A DNA stretch of 64,000 nucleotides from Botryllus schlosseri (Eukaryota): assembly GCA_051294905.1 (NCBI GenBank), contig CM119373.1, positions 560,001 through 624,000 on the forward strand, in the 5' to 3' direction. The notes beneath the pieces were generated by a model. That model was not told the origin of the DNA, did no database searches, and saw nothing but the letters and a program-made list of their open reading frames with translations. The translations under genes and the position numbers were made by a program. Positions 59,573 through 64,000 of the stretch are shown piece by piece (the stretch's first letter is position 1; the number at the start of each line of letters is the position of its first letter).

Positions 59573-62046
59573 CAAGCAGGGCCCGAACCTTTACTCAGGG
59601 TACACTGGGTGAATTCAACGGCTCACTACCTGACGACTGGGTTCGGCTAAATGATACGCAATGGGAAACCTACGACCTGATGAGTGCTTTCAATAAGACA
59701 GGGAAACGTCATGTGTACAGGCGACCAACACTGTTTCATAGTGAATCTTTTGGTTACGTGGTGGCCGAACGGGTGTCATTGCAGCAAATGGCGTTCCCAC
59801 AAGGGCGATATTGGTCGAATGTACGGGACTTTGAACGGACCTGCTTATGCCAACGAAAACTAGGCCAAATTTCGCCAAACCTAACCTTTACCGTTCTTGA
59901 CCAGGAAACTGTGTTCGTACGCCCAATAGGACATGGGGTCAGGATACGGTGGTTTTGGGACGAGACCTGGGAAACGTCTAGGCAGAAATGGAGGGCTGGG
60001 GCTGAAGTGGACGAGTGGTCCCATGTGAACGATACCTTAATGGCAATGACCAAATTCAAGTTGATCATGTTACGAGCCTTCGCGGGGTTCTCAGCGGTGA
60101 GATCGACTTGTAGGACAGAGCGCATGACAAAAGATACATGGAACTGGACTCAGGTTGATCGATGGAATAAATATAACGCCAGTAGCTCGAGCATTGCGCA
60201 TTGTTGGCCGAGTAACGTGCTTTGGGCCGGAACATATTCAATAACCTACGACTGGAAGACTCGCACGGCAGACAAACGCCTGGTGTCGTCAACGCCAGAT
60301 TCACGCGGCACCTGTGTTTTTTGTGATATCACAGGGATAATTTCTGCTTTAGAACCGAGCCAAGCAGACATAATAATACAAGAAATAGATACCATTCGTG
60401 CGGAATCCGCATGGGAACGTAAGTGGCATCCTATGCAAAACTGCCGAGCTACGTCAGGACTGATCACCCAGGAAAACTATGAACACCTTTGGCAGGTCGT
60501 CCATCACTCACCAACCTTATCCGGTAAGGGCCTACGCAACATCGTGCATCCTCCATCATGTAATTTTTGGCCGACGCAGAACAAGAGTAAGTGGGGGGAC
60601 TTGCCCACCTCGAATTTTCCTCGAAGGATTAGATGGATACAGGCGTCCTTATCGAACTGGAAGGGTCAAGATGACCAAGGGCTTGGTTGGGATAACTTGT
60701 TCGACGGACCTGCCGAAAAACCAGCCGCACCCAACGACATACTGCCTATTTGGCGAAAGCACCCCTCTTTGGTTGCGGATGATCCTAGGTGTCAGGAACG
60801 GATAAGTGGTAGCGACTGTCAAGATCCGGTCGGGGGCCCTCAGTTGAAGGCGGCCTTTTGGGATCAGGTGCACTTCGACCCTGAGCGTAACCGACCCCGT
60901 TTTCCGGGAGGTCCTATAGAAATAAAAGGAGACATCGCACATAATAATAGGAGGATTGGGGGGAAACGTAGACGTAAACGATTCCTCTTCGGCCTACTGG
61001 CACTAATCTTTGCCGTCGTGTCAGTTGTCGCTGTTGTCGCAACTGTATCTTCCCAACTGCATAAAGAAACTGAGGACCTGAGTCATCAAATCAACGACAG
61101 AATGATCCAGGCTACGGAGAGATCAACCGAACTAGGGAAAAAGATAAACGAACTCTCCCAAATCCAAACAGCGCAACAACAAAAGCTGGACCGATTGGTT
61201 GAAAACATGGAGGTAAGAGCATCACTGACGGACAGACGATTGGTGTGGATGCAGAAAATGGTGGAGAAAAACCGACAAATGATATTGCGGCAGGCTACCA
61301 TCACCCTCGCTCAGTTTCAAAGTTTCACAGAGGTGAGCGACGCTGAACTTGCCGTCGACCGCTTGGTCATGAAAGAATTAGCTAATTTGACCGGAAAGTC
61401 CATATTCGATTCGAGTAAGGTCTATCTTACACAGATTCGGAAAGGGACATTGCAGGTGCGGGAGCATGCTCAGCAGTTATCCGCCTATAAAGATACGTAT
61501 GTAAATGAGACAAACGACATCAGTAGTAAACTCCGAGCCAACAGGCTTCGTCTGAACCAGGCTCAAGAAGAAGTGGATCTCAGTATACAGGTATGGAAGG
61601 AAGACCTGAACCGGAGTGTGTTCGTAAATATCTCCGACTGGCGCTACGAGAATGTGTCAGTAGCCCCCTTCGAGTTTGCTGGGGGGGAAGAATTTATGAA
61701 GAACTTTGGCAAAACGATAGAAGAGATGGCGAACGGTGCCGGAAGTCTGATAGAATCGGTCGGAAACGGTGCCGGTAACCTCCTACAAAAGGGACTTGGA
61801 GCAATCGGAGGTCTGTTTGGAAGTGGACTGAGTGGCATTTTTTCGGGCCTCGGATCCATCCTCCTCCCCTTGGGACTTGTACTGGGTGCGGTGATTATCT
61901 TATTCTGTTGTGTCAGGTATCACAGCCTATGCTGTCCCAAGTTAAAATCTAGCGTACAAAGGCGGAACACTAACGCCCAACTTGCAATGTATATAACGTC
62001 GACACCATCTTACACCGTAAAGCCCAGGCCCATAGTGCGACGGTAA
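59464..62046 (+). CDS. env: Envelope fusion glycoprotein (class-I-like)
   Basis: Signal-like N-terminus MDYAIYILPVVIGFSC, many N-glycosylation sequons, furin site KRRRKR (60964-60981), fusion peptide FLFGLLALIFAVVSVVAVV, heptad repeats, Gly-rich pre-TM region, TM ILLPLGLVLGAVIILF and a Cys-Cys tail. Confidence 0.88.
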   Translation: MDYAIYILPVVIGFSCTPDCLLSEAAGFVPRSGDTVASRARTFTQGTLGEFNGSLPDDWVRLNDTQWETYDLMSAFNKTGKRHVYRRPTLFHSESFGYVVAERVSLQQMAFPQGRYWSNVRDFERTCLCQRKLGQISPNLTFTVLDQETVFVRPIGHGVRIRWFWDETWETSRQKWRAGAEVDEWSHVNDTLMAMTKFKLIMLRAFAGFSAVRSTCRTERMTKDTWNWTQVDRWNKYNASSSSIAHCWPSNVLWAGTYSITYDWKTRTADKRLVSSTPDSRGTCVFCDITGIISALEPSQADIIIQEIDTIRAESAWERKWHPMQNCRATSGLITQENYEHLWQVVHHSPTLSGKGLRNIVHPPSCNFWPTQNKSKWGDLPTSNFPRRIRWIQASLSNWKGQDDQGLGWDNLFDGPAEKPAAPNDILPIWRKHPSLVADDPRCQERISGSDCQDPVGGPQLKAAFWDQVHFDPERNRPRFPGGPIEIKGDIAHNNRRIGGKRRRKRFLFGLLALIFAVVSVVAVVATVSSQLHKETEDLSHQINDRMIQATERSTELGKKINELSQIQTAQQQKLDRLVENMEVRASLTDRRLVWMQKMVEKNRQMILRQATITLAQFQSFTEVSDAELAVDRLVMKELANLTGKSIFDSSKVYLTQIRKGTLQVREHAQQLSAYKDTYVNETNDISSKLRANRLRLNQAQEEVDLSIQVWKEDLNRSVFVNISDWRYENVSVAPFEFAGGEEFMKNFGKTIEEMANGAGSLIESVGNGAGNLLQKGLGAIGGLFGSGLSGIFSGLGSILLPLGLVLGAVIILFCCVRYHSLCCPKLKSSVQRRNTNAQLAMYITSTPSYTVKPRPIVRR

Positions 62047-62128
62047 CCAATCTCCGACGAAGCTCTCTTAACCCTCATGCTTAACTAAACACAACTATAT
62101 GAATTACAGATTTTCACGTTAAACTAAT

Positions 62129-64000
62129 ATGCCAATAATTAACTACCTGTACAAATGGAAAGGACTACAAAGATTGCTGCTGTTAATCCCGTGGGCTTGT
62201 TTTGTGAAAACCCAAACTGGCGAAAACCTACTACCCTTATCTGCCATGACCGTGGGGTCCGTCGACGACTTTAATTTTACGGGATGGATACTTTTCGACG
62301 TCCCACCAAAGCCGCAAAGAGTTCCGTTGTCACGGCTTTTTATATTAGGAGGGGACTGGCCTCGAAGGGACATTCGACGTCACTATCAGATACAGGTTGA
62401 CGACTCGGCGTTTGGTCCGTTGAAAGCCGCACCGCAAAGTTTATACAAATTACTGACACCCATATCATCCATAGGATCCCAAAACGCCAGGTATTGGAAT
62501 GAAACCTGGGCGTATGAACGGGAGTGTGTGTGCAGAAGGACTGAGTCGTGGATATCGCCGGATCTGAACCCTGCGGACTACTATACTCAAAAAATAAAGT
62601 ACCGACGTGACGGCAGACTGGGAGTGATACATCTCTGGAGGTACGTAGAAACCCGAGTCTTGCATTCTCTACCCCTCGAGACATTACAACGACTAACCGT
62701 ATATAAGACAATGATCATAAATTTATTGGAACAATATGAAACAGTGGAAGCAAATTGTCGCTATCAGTTCGGGCGTCATATAGGATGGGATATCGGACAG
62801 AATAGATTCAGCCATTGTGTTGCTCACAAAAAACGTCGAAGTAGAGTGATGTGTATAGAGTGCTACTTCATGGGGGAGCAACCGGTTGAGAATTTCTTGC
62901 CCCTAGATTTTGTAATACAGGAAGTCGATCCCGGTATTATTGGGAACCCGCCGGATAAGCGGAGAACCTTTTCTAGCAATCAATGGCCCGACAGAGCTCC
63001 TCTGCCGAAGATAAGCGAGAATCTGGTATGGCTACAAGCAAGGAACGAGACATATTCGGAACATTGGCATGTGATGTTCGACGGACGAAAAACCGATACG
63101 GCATTCCTACGCACGATGGCGAAACCCCAACCTTCAGGCATGGCAATGTATGACTCTTACCCAGTTCTTTTGCATAATAGATCGCGGTGCGGACTAAAGG
63201 AAAATAGACAAGTTTGTTCAACGGCTGTTGGAGATCTCAAAACAGCCTTACTATTCAATAGAGTATTATTCGACCCTTTCGAGGGGCAGGCCGTGTTTGC
63301 GGACCCTCGGCAAGGTGCAATGCAAATTGCTGCCCCTGAAAACCGAACGCGGACGGAAATACTTTTACCAACCCTGGGTAACCAAACTTCCTGCTTGATT
63401 TCAAAAGGGTGGGAAACGTTCATACTATCCCCGTCTCGAGAGACACCCGATGGAAATGGACGGGGGGGTATCAAAACCTGGCTATCCCGTCTTGGGGTAC
63501 AATACGCAGAAGAGACAAAGAAACACTTGTCACAACTGAAGGTTCGAATAAGGGGAGGCGTAGAAACGCAGCGAGAAAGACCCGTCTCGCGGGGACAACT
63601 TGAGGAGTTATCCGTGAGGTATAACCTTACCCTACGACCGACATTAGTAGAACAAGTAAAATTATTAAATACGATACTTCTGGATTATATGGCCACACAA
63701 AAGCTAATTCAGGCAGAAGTGGGGGACGAAAAGTTATTTCAGTCTCGATGGATCTATCGGGGGACGTTTTGTGAAGGTTCCCTGGTCTATACGCCATATG
63801 CCTATAGGAATAATGCGGGGGAGAGATCCACCGCTCGAACGGTGATATTAACCGCAACTGATGACCGTGGAAACCATCACGCAAGGATCACATGGACCCC
63901 CGAAGTTCCGCAAACTACTTCGATGATGGTGGGCAGTACGAACACAGAAGCTTTGGGAAATGGGCGTGGCGTAACACCAAGTGAAAAAAGGAAACCAACA
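62129..64000 (+). CDS. Second env-SU-like glycoprotein, at least 624 aa, 3'-partial (absent from ORF track because no stop in window)
   Basis: Open from ATG 62129 to the window end. Signal-like LQRLLLLIPWACFV. RYWNETWAYERECVCRR aligns with env RYWSNVRDFERTCLCQR, and YPVLLHNRSRCGLKENRQVCSTAVGDLKTALLFNRVLFDP aligns with env HPSLVADDPRCQERISGSDCQDPVGGPQLKAAFWDQVHFDP. Confidence 0.85.
   Translation, partial: MPIINYLYKWKGLQRLLLLIPWACFVKTQTGENLLPLSAMTVGSVDDFNFTGWILFDVPPKPQRVPLSRLFILGGDWPRRDIRRHYQIQVDDSAFGPLKAAPQSLYKLLTPISSIGSQNARYWNETWAYERECVCRRTESWISPDLNPADYYTQKIKYRRDGRLGVIHLWRYVETRVLHSLPLETLQRLTVYKTMIINLLEQYETVEANCRYQFGRHIGWDIGQNRFSHCVAHKKRRSRVMCIECYFMGEQPVENFLPLDFVIQEVDPGIIGNPPDKRRTFSSNQWPDRAPLPKISENLVWLQARNETYSEHWHVMFDGRKTDTAFLRTMAKPQPSGMAMYDSYPVLLHNRSRCGLKENRQVCSTAVGDLKTALLFNRVLFDPFEGQAVFADPRQGAMQIAAPENRTRTEILLPTLGNQTSCLISKGWETFILSPSRETPDGNGRGGIKTWLSRLGVQYAEETKKHLSQLKVRIRGGVETQRERPVSRGQLEELSVRYNLTLRPTLVEQVKLLNTILLDYMATQKLIQAEVGDEKLFQSRWIYRGTFCEGSLVYTPYAYRNNAGERSTARTVILTATDDRGNHHARITWTPEVPQTTSMMVGSTNTEALGNGRGVTPSEKRKPT

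Larger units (their letters stand above)
47394..64000 (+). mobile_element. Env-bearing LTR-retroelement/endogenous retrovirus-like element with an IS1595/Merlin transposase in place of integrase (boundaries uncertain, right end outside window)
   Basis: Colinear PPT, arrays, TATA, PBS, ORF0, gag, pol (PR-RT-RH-Tpt1-like), ISXO2 transposase, env and env-like gene. All ORFs are intact and on one strand. Confidence 0.85.

Noticed and set aside
51736..62000. Numerous antisense and alternate-frame ORFs over gag, pol and env
   Set aside because: Shadow ORFs of long, more GC-rich coding regions, with no motifs.

Overview
AT-rich eukaryotic (marine invertebrate-like, possibly tunicate; not determinable here) genomic DNA in three parts. 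(1) 386-23791, minus strand: the first 15 coding exons of a CCDC180 (CFAP76) ortholog, with introns full of hAT-type MITEs, satellites and a 3.9-kb long-TIR element. (2) ~24-47 kb: intergenic DNA with SINE, LINE and MITE relics and two paralogous orphan ORFs. (3) ~47.4 kb to the window end: an apparently intact, unusual endogenous retrovirus-like element. In order it has a polypurine tract, an orphan ORF, two tandem arrays of hairpins with compensatory base changes, TATA, a tRNA-Thr-like PBS, a small membrane glycoprotein ORF, gag (CCHC), a -1 frameshift, and pol (protease-RT-RNase H). Pol has NO integrase and ends instead in a Tpt1/KptA RNA 2'-phosphotransferase-like domain. It is followed by a separate IS1595/ISXO2 (Merlin-type) DDE transposase behind a splice acceptor, a class-I-like env, and a second env-SU paralog running off the window (missed by the ORF track). 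The best candidate for an undescribed system is this enveloped retroelement, which seems to have replaced integrase with a Merlin/IS1595 transposase. All family assignments are from motif recognition by eye; no searches were run.
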